DNA of 64,000 nucleotides from Thermoplasmata archaeon (GTDB lineage Archaea > Thermoplasmatota > Thermoplasmata > Lutacidiplasmatales > UBA184): positions 6,373-70,372 of the forward strand of contig JBAQAF010000039.1 in assembly GCA_049285595.1 (NCBI GenBank), written 5' to 3'. A program made the translations under genes and the position numbers. Below are positions 9,045 to 19,039 of the stretch, piece by piece. Below the pieces are notes generated by a model, which worked only from the letters and a program-made list of their open reading frames with translations, searched no databases and had not been told where the DNA came from. The stretch's first letter is position 1, and the number at the start of each line of letters is the position of its first letter.

Positions 9045-10366
9045 TGCCGGCGAGGGGTCGGCGTCCGATCGTGATCAAGTTCGGAGGGGCATCGCTCGCC
9101 GACGCGTCGCGCGTGGCGAACGACCTCCGTGCGCTCGGGGCCCCGTCCTCCCGCCTCGTGGTGGTCGCCTCCGCCCGGGAGGGGGTCACCGACCTGCTCG
9201 AGGAGGCGATCGCCCACCCCCGCTCGGCGAAGCGGCACGGGAAGATCCTCGAAGAGATCCGGCGACGTCATCCAGATCTCCCGCCGGCGGGTCGGATCCC
9301 CCTCGAACGGCTGGGGCGACTGTTCGACTCGCTCGAGCACGGACCGGCGCGTGACGCGCCCCTTGCGGACCGGATCCGCAGCCAGGGCGAGCGGCTCGCC
9401 GTGCACTGGCTCGCCGCGCGACTTCGAGAGGAGGGGATCCCGGCAGCGCCGGTCGAGGCCGACCACTTGGGATTGATCACCGACAACGCATACGGCGCCT
9501 CTTGTCTGATGCTCGACCGCTCGCGCGCGGCGGTCCGCCGCGGCCTCGGTCGCGTGATGGCTCGGGGCGTGGTGCCCGTCGTGACCGGCTACTTCGGCCG
9601 TAGCCTCGAGGGGCGGGTGGCGACCCTCGGACGCGGCGGCTCGGATTATGCGGCGGCCGGTATCGGCGCCCTCCTCGGCGCCTCCCGCGTCGAGCTCGTG
9701 AAGCGACACGTCGCGGTGTTTTCGGCGGACCCCCGGGACGTGCCGCGGGCGCGACCGGTCCCCGAGCTCTCCTATGAGGAAGCCGAGGAACTGGCCCAGT
9801 TCGGGGCGCGCGTGCTGCACCCCCTGACGATCGAGCCGGCCCGGACGGCGGGACTTACGCTCACTGTCCGGTCGTTCGACGATCCGACGATCGTGACCAC
9901 GATCGGGCCGGCGCGCGCCGCGCGACGGAACCGGGCGATGACGGTGCTCCGACCGCTGCGCCTCCTCCGCCTTCGAGTGCCCGGCGGCCGCCAGCGTCCG
10001 GGGATCGTCGCCGAGGTCGCGCAGCGCCTCAGCGCGGCCCACGTCAACGTCGTTCAGTTGTTCACTTCGTCCGCGCTCCTCTCCCTCGTCCTCGAACCGG
10101 ACCGGGTCGTGGCCGCGTTGCGCGCGCTCGCCCCGGTAACGCACGACGACGAGGCCGACGTCGAGGGCCCGTTCCGCGTCGCGCTGGTGACCGTGATCGG
10201 CGACGGAGTGCTCGACGACCTCGACCGACTCCCGGCGGCCGCGGTTGTCGGGGCCGAGGGGTTCAGCGCCACGCCCCGGGCGCTCTCCCTCGCGGTGCCC
10301 GAGGCCCGGGGGACGATCGTGCTTCGCGCCCTCCACAAGGCGCTCGTGGAGGACGCGGTCCCGTGA
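9044..10366 (+). CDS. Aspartate kinase
   Basis: The ATG at 9044 overlaps the asd TGA by 1 nt and gives 440 aa. 'IVIKFGGASLAD' is the N-terminal kinase motif, and the C-terminal part looks like an ACT domain. Confidence 0.8.
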   Translation: MPARGRRPIVIKFGGASLADASRVANDLRALGAPSSRLVVVASAREGVTDLLEEAIAHPRSAKRHGKILEEIRRRHPDLPPAGRIPLERLGRLFDSLEHGPARDAPLADRIRSQGERLAVHWLAARLREEGIPAAPVEADHLGLITDNAYGASCLMLDRSRAAVRRGLGRVMARGVVPVVTGYFGRSLEGRVATLGRGGSDYAAAGIGALLGASRVELVKRHVAVFSADPRDVPRARPVPELSYEEAEELAQFGARVLHPLTIEPARTAGLTLTVRSFDDPTIVTTIGPARAARRNRAMTVLRPLRLLRLRVPGGRQRPGIVAEVAQRLSAAHVNVVQLFTSSALLSLVLEPDRVVAALRALAPVTHDDEADVEGPFRVALVTVIGDGVLDDLDRLPAAAVVGAEGFSATPRALSLAVPEARGTIVLRALHKALVEDAVP

Positions 10367-11550
10367 TCGATCCGTGGACCCAGTTCACCGAGCAGGCGAT
10401 CTCCTCCGAGGTAGCGGTGTACTTCGAGCGCACCGGCAAGCGGGGGCAGAGGGGGACCGCCGCGTGGTCGGTGCGCCCCTCGGAACGGCGGGTGCTCGAC
10501 CGGCAGAGCGAGCTGACGGATCTCTCCGCGCGTTCGGGCCGATTCCTCGACCGGCATCCTCGGGGAGGGATCCTCGGTTACGTCGGTTTCGACGCGGTCG
10601 GACTGTTCGAACCGGCCCTGTGCCGATTTCCCGTCGGAACTCCGTTCCCGCTCGGGGAGCTCGCGTTCGTGGACCGCCTCGAGACCCGGGCCGTCCCGCA
10701 TCGGAGGCGGCGCGCCCTCGAACCTCGGCGCCCGCCGCGTCCGGTCGGGGACTCCCTCGGTAAGCGCCCGTTCGAGGCGGGCGTCCGGCGGCTGATCCGG
10801 GAGATCCGTGACGGCGAGGCGTTCCAGGTCGTCCTGGCGCACCGTCGGTCATGGAAGCGCCCGGCCGACCTCCTCGCCCGCGCCGGGACGCTCCGTGCGA
10901 CCGAGCGATTCTCGTTCTTCTACTTCCTGCGATTTGGCGATCGGGAGATCGTCGGCGCGAGCCCGGAGTCGGTCGTGGAGATGCGGGGCGGCGTCGGGTT
11001 CATCAACCCGATCGCCGGGACGATGCCCGCGACGCCGAGGGCGGGCCGCCTCCCACTCCCGAAAGATCCAAAGGAGCTCTCGGAGCACCGGATGCTGGTC
11101 GACCTGGCGCGCAACGACCTGGGACGGGTCGCACGGCCCGGCACCGTTCGCGTGCTGCAGACGGAACGACGGGAGAGGTACGCCCGTCTCGAGCACCTCG
11201 TCAGCGAGGTCGGAGGCCGGCTCGTCGAGGGGATCGGCCCGTGGGAGCTCCTGGCCGCGGCGTTCCCCGCGGGGACGGTCAGCGGGGCGCCGAAGATCCG
11301 GGCCACCGAGCTGTTGCGCCGCGAGGAGGATTCGTGGAGGGGTCCGTACGGCGGGGCCGTCGGGTGCCTGCGCCCCGGAGGGCGGGCCGATTGGGCGCTC
11401 GCCATCCGGACCGCGTTCGCCGCCGGGCCGACACTGTATACGGCAGCCGGTGCGGGGATCGTGCACCGATCTCGCCCGGCGCAGGAATACGAGGAGACCC
11501 TCGCGAAGCTCGAGCACCTCGAGTCGACGTTGCTCGGAGACGCGCCGTGA
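10363..11550 (+). CDS. trpE: Anthranilate synthase component I
   Basis: 395 aa with a GTG start (GTGA overlap). Chorismate-binding motifs 'GASPESVVE', 'INPIAGT' and 'EHRMLVDLARND' are present. The N-terminal region is short. Confidence 0.85.
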   Translation: MIDPWTQFTEQAISSEVAVYFERTGKRGQRGTAAWSVRPSERRVLDRQSELTDLSARSGRFLDRHPRGGILGYVGFDAVGLFEPALCRFPVGTPFPLGELAFVDRLETRAVPHRRRRALEPRRPPRPVGDSLGKRPFEAGVRRLIREIRDGEAFQVVLAHRRSWKRPADLLARAGTLRATERFSFFYFLRFGDREIVGASPESVVEMRGGVGFINPIAGTMPATPRAGRLPLPKDPKELSEHRMLVDLARNDLGRVARPGTVRVLQTERRERYARLEHLVSEVGGRLVEGIGPWELLAAAFPAGTVSGAPKIRATELLRREEDSWRGPYGGAVGCLRPGGRADWALAIRTAFAAGPTLYTAAGAGIVHRSRPAQEYEETLAKLEHLESTLLGDAP

Positions 11551-12128
11551 AGATCCTTCTCATCGACCACGAGGATTCGTTCGTTCACAACATCGAGCAG
11601 GCGCTCTCGGAGCGAGGGGCGAAGGTGCTCTGCCTGCGACCCGGAGCTGCGCGCGTTCAGGCGACCTCCTTCGACCCGGACGCGGTCGTGCTCTCGCCCG
11701 GACCCGGTCACCCGTCGGACCGCCGGATGACCGGCCTCTCCCGCTACCTCCTCGACCGGTGGGAGGAGGAGCGACCTTTCCTGGGAGTCTGTCTCGGTCA
11801 CCAGCTGGCGGCCGAGCATTTCGGGGCTCGCGTCATCCACGCGGCGGCACCGGTGCACGGAGAACGGACGCGTATCCGGCACGACGGTCGCGGGATCTTC
11901 CGGTCCGTCCGCACGCCGACGCTCGGCGCGCGGTATCATTCGCTCGTGGTCGACCCCCGATCGATCCCGGAATCTCTCGAGGTGACCGCCTGGGGGGACG
12001 GGGGCGTGGTCATGGGGCTCCGTCACCGAACCTACCCGGTGGAGAGCGTTCAATTCCACCCCGAATCGTACCTGACGCCCCTCGGCTCGGCGATGTTCTC
12101 GAATTTCCTCACGGGGGTGCGGCGGTGA
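11547..12128 (+). CDS. trpG: Anthranilate synthase component II (glutamine amidotransferase)
   Basis: The GTG at 11547 gives 193 aa starting 'VKILLIDHEDSFVHNI'. 'GVCLGHQ' contains the catalytic Cys. Confidence 0.9.
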   Translation: MKILLIDHEDSFVHNIEQALSERGAKVLCLRPGAARVQATSFDPDAVVLSPGPGHPSDRRMTGLSRYLLDRWEEERPFLGVCLGHQLAAEHFGARVIHAAAPVHGERTRIRHDGRGIFRSVRTPTLGARYHSLVVDPRSIPESLEVTAWGDGGVVMGLRHRTYPVESVQFHPESYLTPLGSAMFSNFLTGVRR

Positions 12129-13156
12129 GCGGGTGGATCCTCCCTCGGCTCCTCTTGGCCCCACCGCTCGGCGGCGCCGAGGTGCGCGAGACGTTCCTGC
12201 GACTGCTCGAGCCCGCGTCGAGCGATGTCGAGCGGGCGGCGATCCTGGTCGCGCTCGCGGCCCGCCCTACGGACGCCCGCGAACTCGCGCTGTTCGCCGG
12301 CGAGATGCGCCGGAGGGCCCGTCCGTTCCCGATCCCCCGGTCCGATCGCCCCATCGACCTCTGCGGCTCGGGGGGCGCCCGGACCCCCTCGTTCAACGTC
12401 TCCACGCTCAGCGCGCTGGTGGTGGCGGCGTCCGGGGTCCCGGTCGTCAAGCACGGGAATCGGAGCGCGCGGGGGATCTGCGGGTCGAGCGATCTGCTGG
12501 AGGCGCTCGGTCTCCCGGTCGTCCGGTCTCGGGAGTTCTCCCGTCGCAGCTACCGGCGGCATCGGATCGCGTTCCTGCATGCCCCGCTCTACCATCCGGA
12601 GACCGCGGTGATCGGTCCGGTCCGCCAACTGCTCCCGATCCGGACGATCTTCAACCTGCTCGGTCCGCTCACCAACCCGGCCCAGGTACCCCTGCAGGTC
12701 GTCGGGGCGCCCGACGTCCCGACCGCCGCAATCTTCTCAAAGGTACTCGTGCGACTCGGAGTTCAGCGAGGGATGGCGATGACATCGGCGGACGGCTGCG
12801 ACGAGTTCTCCCCGCGCGCCGGCACGACGGCGTTCGTCTGGAGGGGGCGCGCGACGCACCGACGCACGATCGCCCCGGCGGAGTGGCTTGACGCGGACGA
12901 CCGCCGAGGCTCCTTCGGACCGATGCCGCCCGCCGAGGCCGCCGAAGAGGCCGAGCGGATCCTCGCGGGCGGAGGCGGGGCGCGGCGAGGGGCCGTGCTG
13001 CTGACGAGCGGGACCGCGCTCTGGACGGCCGGGGCCTCCACGACGTTCGCCCGGGGGATCGCGCTGGCGGCGGAGGCGATCGACGACGGCCGGGCCGCGC
13101 GCCTCCTGCGCGCGCTCCGAACGCTCGGACGGGAGTTCCCGGGGGAGGCGACGTGA
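12125..13156 (+). CDS. trpD: Anthranilate phosphoribosyltransferase
   Basis: The GTG at 12125 (GTGA overlap) gives 343 aa. 'DLCGSGGARTPSFNVST', 'KHGNRS' and 'FNLLGPLTNP' are present. Confidence 0.85.
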   Translation: MSGWILPRLLLAPPLGGAEVRETFLRLLEPASSDVERAAILVALAARPTDARELALFAGEMRRRARPFPIPRSDRPIDLCGSGGARTPSFNVSTLSALVVAASGVPVVKHGNRSARGICGSSDLLEALGLPVVRSREFSRRSYRRHRIAFLHAPLYHPETAVIGPVRQLLPIRTIFNLLGPLTNPAQVPLQVVGAPDVPTAAIFSKVLVRLGVQRGMAMTSADGCDEFSPRAGTTAFVWRGRATHRRTIAPAEWLDADDRRGSFGPMPPAEAAEEAERILAGGGGARRGAVLLTSGTALWTAGASTTFARGIALAAEAIDDGRAARLLRALRTLGREFPGEAT

Positions 13157-13965
13157 CGAGCGGATTCCTCGCAGGGATCGTTCAGGAGGTGCTCGCGGAC
13201 GTGCACCGGCCCGAGTATGCCGCCGACCTGCCGGCTCCGTCGTTCGAATCTCGGCCGAGCCTGCGCTCCGCGATCGACCGGGAACGGGCGAACGGCGCGC
13301 TTCTCGTCGAGTTCAAACGAATCTCGCCGGGACGCCCCGACCCGGTCCTACCGGTCCGAACCCTGAAGGAGTTCGTGGCGGCGACCGGGGTGCCGGGACT
13401 CGCCGGATACTCCTGCATCGCGACCGCGCCTCGGTTCCACGGCTCCCCCGCGGATGTCGCGGAGCTCGCCCGGGAGACGGCCCTTCCGATCCTGTTCAAG
13501 GACTTCGTGGTCGATGTGCGGCAGCTCGATGCAGCGATCCAGGCCGGGGCGAGCGCGGTCCTGCTGATCGCCCGGCTCGAGACCGACGGGCTCTGCCCCG
13601 TGCCGCTGGTCGATCTCGGGCGCGAGGCGCACGAACGAGGGCTCGAGGTCCTGCTCGAACTGCACAGTTCGGCCGATCTCGCGCGGGTCGATCGGATCGG
13701 AGCCGACCTCTTCGGGGTGAACGCGCGCGACCTCGACACGCTCACGATCGACCGGCCCGTCGCCGAACGGACCCTCGAGGAGGCGTGGTCGCACGGCCTC
13801 AAGCCGATCCTGGGCCTGAGCGGCATCGAGCGGCCGGCCGATGCGCGTCGGTTCCTCGACGCCGGGGCCGACGGGATCCTCGTCGGGAGCGCCGTCGCCC
13901 AGGCGGCCGATCCCGCCGCGTTCTTACGCTCGCTCACGGAGACGGGAGCGGTAGGGAAACGATGA
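13153..13965 (+). CDS. trpC: Indole-3-glycerol-phosphate synthase
   Basis: 270 aa with 'LLVEFKRISPG'. Its position in the trp gene order supports the call. Confidence 0.85.
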   Translation: MTSGFLAGIVQEVLADVHRPEYAADLPAPSFESRPSLRSAIDRERANGALLVEFKRISPGRPDPVLPVRTLKEFVAATGVPGLAGYSCIATAPRFHGSPADVAELARETALPILFKDFVVDVRQLDAAIQAGASAVLLIARLETDGLCPVPLVDLGREAHERGLEVLLELHSSADLARVDRIGADLFGVNARDLDTLTIDRPVAERTLEEAWSHGLKPILGLSGIERPADARRFLDAGADGILVGSAVAQAADPAAFLRSLTETGAVGKR

Positions 13966-14609
13966 GGACGTTCGTCAAGTTCTGTGGGCTTCGCGAGACA
14001 GCGACCTTGGCCGAGGTGCCGGCGGGCGGCGCCGCTGGGTTCGTGATCGACGTGCCGGGATCTCCCCGGTCGATCACGATCGACGCGGCCGCCAAGCTGG
14101 TCGAGTCGGTGCCGTCGGAAGCGGAGGCCTGGGCCGTCGTCGTCGCCCCGAGCGCGGAGCTGATCCATCGACTGTTCGACGAGGTCGGGGTCGATCGGGT
14201 GCAGCTGTACGGGCCGATCCCCGAGGGACTCGAGTTCCTCGAGATCCATCACCTCGTCCCGTCGATCCCGATCCCCCCGTCGGGGACCCCGGGCGATCTC
14301 CCCGAGATCCCGCCGGCCGAGTCGTACCCTCGGGTCCATTTGGATGCCGCGGGGCAACCGCTCCCCGGCGGCAGCGGGATCCGCCCCGACTGGGAGAAAT
14401 GCGCCGAGATCGTCGACCGCCTCCCGGGCCGCAAATTCGTCCTCGCGGGCGGGCTGACCCCCGAGAACGTCGCCGAGGCGCTCGCGAGCGTCAAACCGTG
14501 GGGGGTCGACGTCTCCTCGGGGATCGAGAGCGCGCCCGGCACGAAGGACGTGGTGAGAATGCGGGCGTTCCTCGCGGCCGTGGAGAAGTTCGAGAGGGGC
14601 GATGCCTAG
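13962..14609 (+). CDS. trpF: Phosphoribosylanthranilate isomerase
   Basis: The ATG at 13962 (ATGA overlap) gives 215 aa starting '[12 protein letters not shown]'. '[10 protein letters not shown]' is present. Confidence 0.8.
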   Translation: MRTFVKFCGLRETATLAEVPAGGAAGFVIDVPGSPRSITIDAAAKLVESVPSEAEAWAVVVAPSAELIHRLFDEVGVDRVQLYGPIPEGLEFLEIHHLVPSIPIPPSGTPGDLPEIPPAESYPRVHLDAAGQPLPGGSGIRPDWEKCAEIVDRLPGRKFVLAGGLTPENVAEALASVKPWGVDVSSGIESAPGTKDVVRMRAFLAAVEKFERGDA

Positions 14610-15765
14610 GCGGTTCGGTGCCTACGGGGGGGCGTACGTTCCCGAGACGCTCGTCCCCGCGCTCGAGGAGCTCGAGCGGGCGTGGAAGTCCTCCCGCAAG
14701 GACCCCGCCCTGCGCGCCGAGCACGCCCGGCTTTCCCGTACGCTCGCCGGGCGACCGACGCCGCTGTACCACGCTCGGCGATTGTCGAAGCGGGGGGCGG
14801 GGGCCGAGATCTGGCTCAAGCGCGAGGACCTGCTGCACGGCGGGGCGCACAAGATCAACAACGCGCTCGGACAGGGGCTTCTGGCCGTCGCGATGGCCAA
14901 GCCACGGCTGATCGCCGAGACCGGCGCCGGCCAGCACGGCGTGGCGACCGCGATGGTCGGCGCGCTCCTCGGCCTCTCGACCGAGGTGTACATGGGCGAG
15001 GTCGACATGGCGCGCCAGCGCCCGAACGTCGACCGGATGCGTCTCCTCGGGACGAAGGTCATCCCGGTGAAGAGCGGTTCGCGCACCCTCAAGGACGCGA
15101 TCAACGCCGCGCTGCGCGACTGGATCGCGAACGTGCGCACCACGCACTACCTGCTCGGCTCCGCGGTGGGCCCGCACCCGTTCCCGACGATCGTCGCAGA
15201 TTTCCAGAGCGTCATCGGCCGGGAGATCCGGTCCCAGTCCCGCGCGGCGTTCGGCCGGCTTCCGGACCTCGCGATCGCCTGTGTCGGGGGCGGGTCGAAC
15301 GCGATCGGGACGTTCCACCCGCTGCGGCGCACCTCGGTGGAACTGCTCGGGATCGAAGCTGGCGGGCGGACGGGCCGAGGGGCGGCCTCCCTCGCCGCCG
15401 GACGACCCGGGGTGCTTCACGGAGCGTTCACCTACGTTCTTCAGAACGCCGACGGTCAGGTGTCGGACACCGAGAGCCTCTCCGCGGGCCTCGACTACGC
15501 CGGGGTCGGGCCCGAGCATGCGTTCCTGCGCGACTCGGGTCGGGCGACGTATCGCGCGGTGAAAGACGCGGGAGCCCTCGCGGCGTTCCACTGGCTCGCC
15601 GAGGACGAGGGGATCCTCCCCGCGCTCGAGTCGGCGCACGCGGTGTATGCCGCGGTGCAGGAAGCGAAGCGCCGGCCCGCCCGGGAGAAGATCGTCGTCA
15701 CGCTCTCCGGCCGGGGCGACAAGGACCTCGAGGTGGTGAACCGTGCGGATCGACGCGGCGCTTAG
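14602..15765 (+). CDS. trpB: Tryptophan synthase beta chain
   Basis: 387 aa with 'HGGAHKINN' (PLP Lys), 'GGGSNAIG' and 'TLSGRGDKD'. Confidence 0.95.
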   Translation: MPRRFGAYGGAYVPETLVPALEELERAWKSSRKDPALRAEHARLSRTLAGRPTPLYHARRLSKRGAGAEIWLKREDLLHGGAHKINNALGQGLLAVAMAKPRLIAETGAGQHGVATAMVGALLGLSTEVYMGEVDMARQRPNVDRMRLLGTKVIPVKSGSRTLKDAINAALRDWIANVRTTHYLLGSAVGPHPFPTIVADFQSVIGREIRSQSRAAFGRLPDLAIACVGGGSNAIGTFHPLRRTSVELLGIEAGGRTGRGAASLAAGRPGVLHGAFTYVLQNADGQVSDTESLSAGLDYAGVGPEHAFLRDSGRATYRAVKDAGALAAFHWLAEDEGILPALESAHAVYAAVQEAKRRPAREKIVVTLSGRGDKDLEVVNRADRRGA

Positions 15766-16552
15766 CGCGGCCCGCTCGGCCGGGCAGCCGATCGTCGTGC
15801 CGTACCTGATGGTCGATCGGGGGCGCCACGCCCGCCTCGGGGTGACCGTCCGCGCCCTCGCCGCCGGCGGGGCGACGGCCCTCGAGCTCGGGTTTCCGTT
15901 CTCCGACCCCATCGCGGACGGGCCTGTTCTGGAAGCGTCCGCGAACCGGGCGCTCGCGAACGGCACCCGCTGGTCCGATCTCCTCTCGGCGTTGCGGACC
16001 GCGAGCGCCACGCTGCCGGTCGCGGTGATGACGTACGCGAACCCCGTGCTCCAACACGGGCTCAAAGCCGGCCTGAGATCCCTCGCCGCCGCGGGAGCGT
16101 CTGGCCTGATCGTCCCCGATCTCTCCCTCGAGGAGGCGGCACCGTGGATCCGAGCATCTCGCGCCGCTCGGCTCTCCCTGATCCTGCTCACCGCACCGGC
16201 GGCATCCGCGTCCCGCACCGTTGAGATCGCGCGTCGATCCCGCGGATTTCTCTATCTGGTGTCCCGGTACGGGACGACCGGCCGACAGGGCGCTCCTGAC
16301 GTGGGTGGGCTGTCGGACCTCGTCCGGGCAGCCCATGCAGCCGTGCCGAGCTTGCCGGTGCTGGTCGGGTTCGGCGTTCGCGACTCGGCGACTGCGCGAG
16401 GGGCGCTCTCGAGCGGGGCGGACGGTGTGATCGTCGGCTCGGCCCTGGAAGAACTGATCCTATCGGGAGCCGACCCGCAGCGGATCGAAGCGTGGACCGG
16501 CCGGATCGCGAACGGCGCCCGTCGGGCCCGCGCGGCGGTGGCCCGGTCTTGA
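15743..16552 (+). CDS. trpA: Tryptophan synthase alpha chain
   Basis: 269 aa with '[16 protein letters not shown]'. The GTG start overlaps trpB by 23 nt. Confidence 0.9.
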   Translation: MRIDAALSAARSAGQPIVVPYLMVDRGRHARLGVTVRALAAGGATALELGFPFSDPIADGPVLEASANRALANGTRWSDLLSALRTASATLPVAVMTYANPVLQHGLKAGLRSLAAAGASGLIVPDLSLEEAAPWIRASRAARLSLILLTAPAASASRTVEIARRSRGFLYLVSRYGTTGRQGAPDVGGLSDLVRAAHAAVPSLPVLVGFGVRDSATARGALSSGADGVIVGSALEELILSGADPQRIEAWTGRIANGARRARAAVARS

Positions 16553-16556
16553 ATCC

Positions 16557-17975
16557 CTAGTCTCGGAACCTGACGAGTACGAAGAACCCCGCGATCGGTA
16601 GGGCGAGCCAGAGAATTATCGCGAGAGCGGCGAGCCCCGGGTCGGGAGCGAGGGCGATCAACGCGCTTCCGTGCGGAGCCTCGGCACCGAGGGCCCAACC
16701 GACAGGGTTCAGCCCCGCGGCTGCGGGGGAGAGTAGACCGACCGAGCCTTGCCAGGACAATGTGTCCGAGACAAGGTTGGAGACACCGAGGAATCGCGAG
16801 ATCAGCAGCGTCAGCAATGCCCAGAACAGGGTGAACACGAATGCGAGGGAGAGTCCACCCGCGAGTACCGTTGCGTGGGACCGGCTGACGTGGGAGAGGA
16901 GGAAGACGAGCGCGACCATCGTCACTCCTTCGCCCATTCCCCCAAGCCAGATCGCGCCGTAGACGTACCACGGGAGCGCCACCCCGAAGGAGCGTTCGAG
17001 TTCCACGGCGAGCACCGCTTCCGCGGCGGTGACCCCGATGGCAAGGCTGACGGCCGAATTGAGCATCCGCAACGCGGGGACCTGGAGGCGGCCGAGGGGG
17101 AGCGCGATCACCGGCTCGATCGCCCCGGAGATCCGATCGCGCCCGTACGCGACGTAACCGAGTACCGCGGCGCCCATCATGATCAGCGGCGCCATCTCTT
17201 CGATCCACAGAAGGACGGGAGTGCCCGCCGGCCCTTCCTGCCCCGGGGGGGCGTTCAGAACCCCCAGGCCGAACGTCGCTTTGGCCACGACCCCGCCCGA
17301 ACTGTTCTCGAGATAGAGACCGATCGGATTCCCGGGAACGGTCGCCGGGGGCACGGCGAAGCGCACCAGGCGGTCGGGGGTTGTGAATGGGCCGAGATCT
17401 CCCGTAATGTTCTGCCCTCCGCTCCCCGCTGCGGTCTCGTTGACGTAGTACGCCAGAGTGAGCCCGGGCACCACCGAGCCGAAGGGCGCGGGAAATGCGA
17501 CCAAGATCCAGTTCGTCAGTCCCAACTCCCCCCGCTCTGCCACGGAGAACACCCCGAAGACCGGGACCACGACGTTCGGCGTCGGAGCCTTCAGGACGGT
17601 CCCGAATCCCTCTCCCATCGACGATCTCTCGTTGAATGTATAGTTCCCCCGGGCGACATCAATCTCGAGCGTCGCCAGGCCCGCCGGCGATGTGATGCCT
17701 ACGGCGCTCCCCAATGAGTGACCGGAATCGTTCGCGACGCTGAGGACGATTGTGATTCGATCGCCCGCAACCGGCGCCCCGGTATTGTCCGAGGCGAAGA
17801 TCGAGAACTCGTATTTTCCGGAGTACTCCATCGTGATGGCGACATTTGCCATTCCCCCGACCGCGCCGGACGTGGATGCGACGATCCCGACCGCCGCGAG
17901 GACGAGCAGTCCGATCACCACGAGGGTCGAGGAGGTCACGAGCTGGCGTTGCAGGTCTCGGAGGAGTGGGTTCAC
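16557..17975 (-). CDS. ABC-2-type transporter permease with a large extracytoplasmic domain
   Basis: 472 aa. It has one N-terminal TM, about 230 aa of non-membrane sequence, then about 5 TM segments. It is translationally coupled to the ATPase upstream (4-nt overlap). Confidence 0.6.
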   Translation of the reverse strand: MNPLLRDLQRQLVTSSTLVVIGLLVLAAVGIVASTSGAVGGMANVAITMEYSGKYEFSIFASDNTGAPVAGDRITIVLSVANDSGHSLGSAVGITSPAGLATLEIDVARGNYTFNERSSMGEGFGTVLKAPTPNVVVPVFGVFSVAERGELGLTNWILVAFPAPFGSVVPGLTLAYYVNETAAGSGGQNITGDLGPFTTPDRLVRFAVPPATVPGNPIGLYLENSSGGVVAKATFGLGVLNAPPGQEGPAGTPVLLWIEEMAPLIMMGAAVLGYVAYGRDRISGAIEPVIALPLGRLQVPALRMLNSAVSLAIGVTAAEAVLAVELERSFGVALPWYVYGAIWLGGMGEGVTMVALVFLLSHVSRSHATVLAGGLSLAFVFTLFWALLTLLISRFLGVSNLVSDTLSWQGSVGLLSPAAAGLNPVGWALGAEAPHGSALIALAPDPGLAALAIILWLALPIAGFFVLVRFRD

Positions 17976-18871
17976 GGGTGCTTCCTCACTAGTTCGAGGA
18001 AGTACGTTTCGAGGTCCGGATTGGTCGCCTCCAGGCGCTCGACCTCGTAGCCGGCCTCGACCAGTGTGCGGTTGACCGCGGCCGCGTTGATTGCGGCCCC
18101 GCTCACCACCACCCCGTTCGCGCTCCGCTCCACGGCCCCGAACGAGCGCAGGAGCTCGAGGCCACGATCGTCGATCGGCCGGAAGACGACCTGCAGCCGA
18201 CCTTGGGTCGAGACGGGCAGTTTATCGGAGTCGACCTCGCCGATCAACCGCCCCTCGTGAATCATCGCGAACCGGTCCGCCATTGCTTGGAGCTCGCGTA
18301 GCTGGTGCGAAGAGACGAGCAGTCCCCGCCCGGCCTTGCGCTGACGGAACATCCACTCCCTCACCTGGGCGACGCCCGCCGGATCGAGTCCGTTGAACAC
18401 CTCGTCCAGAAGGTAATATTCCGGGTCCCGCAGTGCCGCCACGGCGAGCGCGAACCGCTTACGCTCTCCCATCGACAGCGTCCGGAACGGACGCCGCGCC
18501 AACGAGAGGATCCCCCACTCGCTGAGCGAACTCTCGGGGTCGGTCGACCCGCGATCACCCGCCATGGCGGAATAGTAGTCGAGCAAGGAGTGGATGCTCC
18601 GGTTCGGGTCGTGAACGGGGGTTTCCGGTACCCAACCGAGGGCGCGCGACGCCGACGCCTTCTCCGAAGTGATGCTCTTCCCATCGACCCGGACATCCCC
18701 TTCGGAGGCCCGACTCACACCGACCGCCACCCGGATCGTCGAACTCTTCCCGGCTCCGTTCAACCCGACCAACCCTACGATCTCGCCGGGGGCGACCGAG
18801 AACGAAACGTCGTCGACGGCGGGCCGGTCACGGCGACCGTACCGTTTCGAAAGGCGGACCACTTCGAGCAA
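17972..18871 (-). CDS. ABC transporter ATP-binding protein (ABC-2/CcmA-like)
   Basis: 299 aa with Walker A 'GLNGAGKSST', an 'LSMGERKR' signature variant and 'YLLDEVFNGLD' Walker B. The longest ORF starts with TTG, and a GTG lies 3 codons in. Confidence 0.9.
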   Translation of the reverse strand: MLEVVRLSKRYGRRDRPAVDDVSFSVAPGEIVGLVGLNGAGKSSTIRVAVGVSRASEGDVRVDGKSITSEKASASRALGWVPETPVHDPNRSIHSLLDYYSAMAGDRGSTDPESSLSEWGILSLARRPFRTLSMGERKRFALAVAALRDPEYYLLDEVFNGLDPAGVAQVREWMFRQRKAGRGLLVSSHQLRELQAMADRFAMIHEGRLIGEVDSDKLPVSTQGRLQVVFRPIDDRGLELLRSFGAVERSANGVVVSGAAINAAAVNRTLVEAGYEVERLEATNPDLETYFLELVRKHP

Positions 18872-19039
18872 GGTTCGGGGCTCGCTAAGGGTGGCACCAG
18901 TATATCTGGCGCAACGGGACCGCCGGGCTCCGCCCGTTCGACATTACGCTCGAAGAGAGTTCGGGCTCCTTCCTCGAGGAGCGACCACTCGGGGCGCACC
19001 GACCCAAGGGTGATGTAGCCCCGCTCGCGTACTTTCCTC

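Noticed and set aside
10363-11550. Claim that TrpE lacks the N-terminal tryptophan feedback site (LLES...RYS).
   Set aside because: The N-terminus is short and I cannot see LLES. However, 'YFERTGKRGQRGTAAWSV' could be a diverged equivalent, so this cannot be decided without an alignment.
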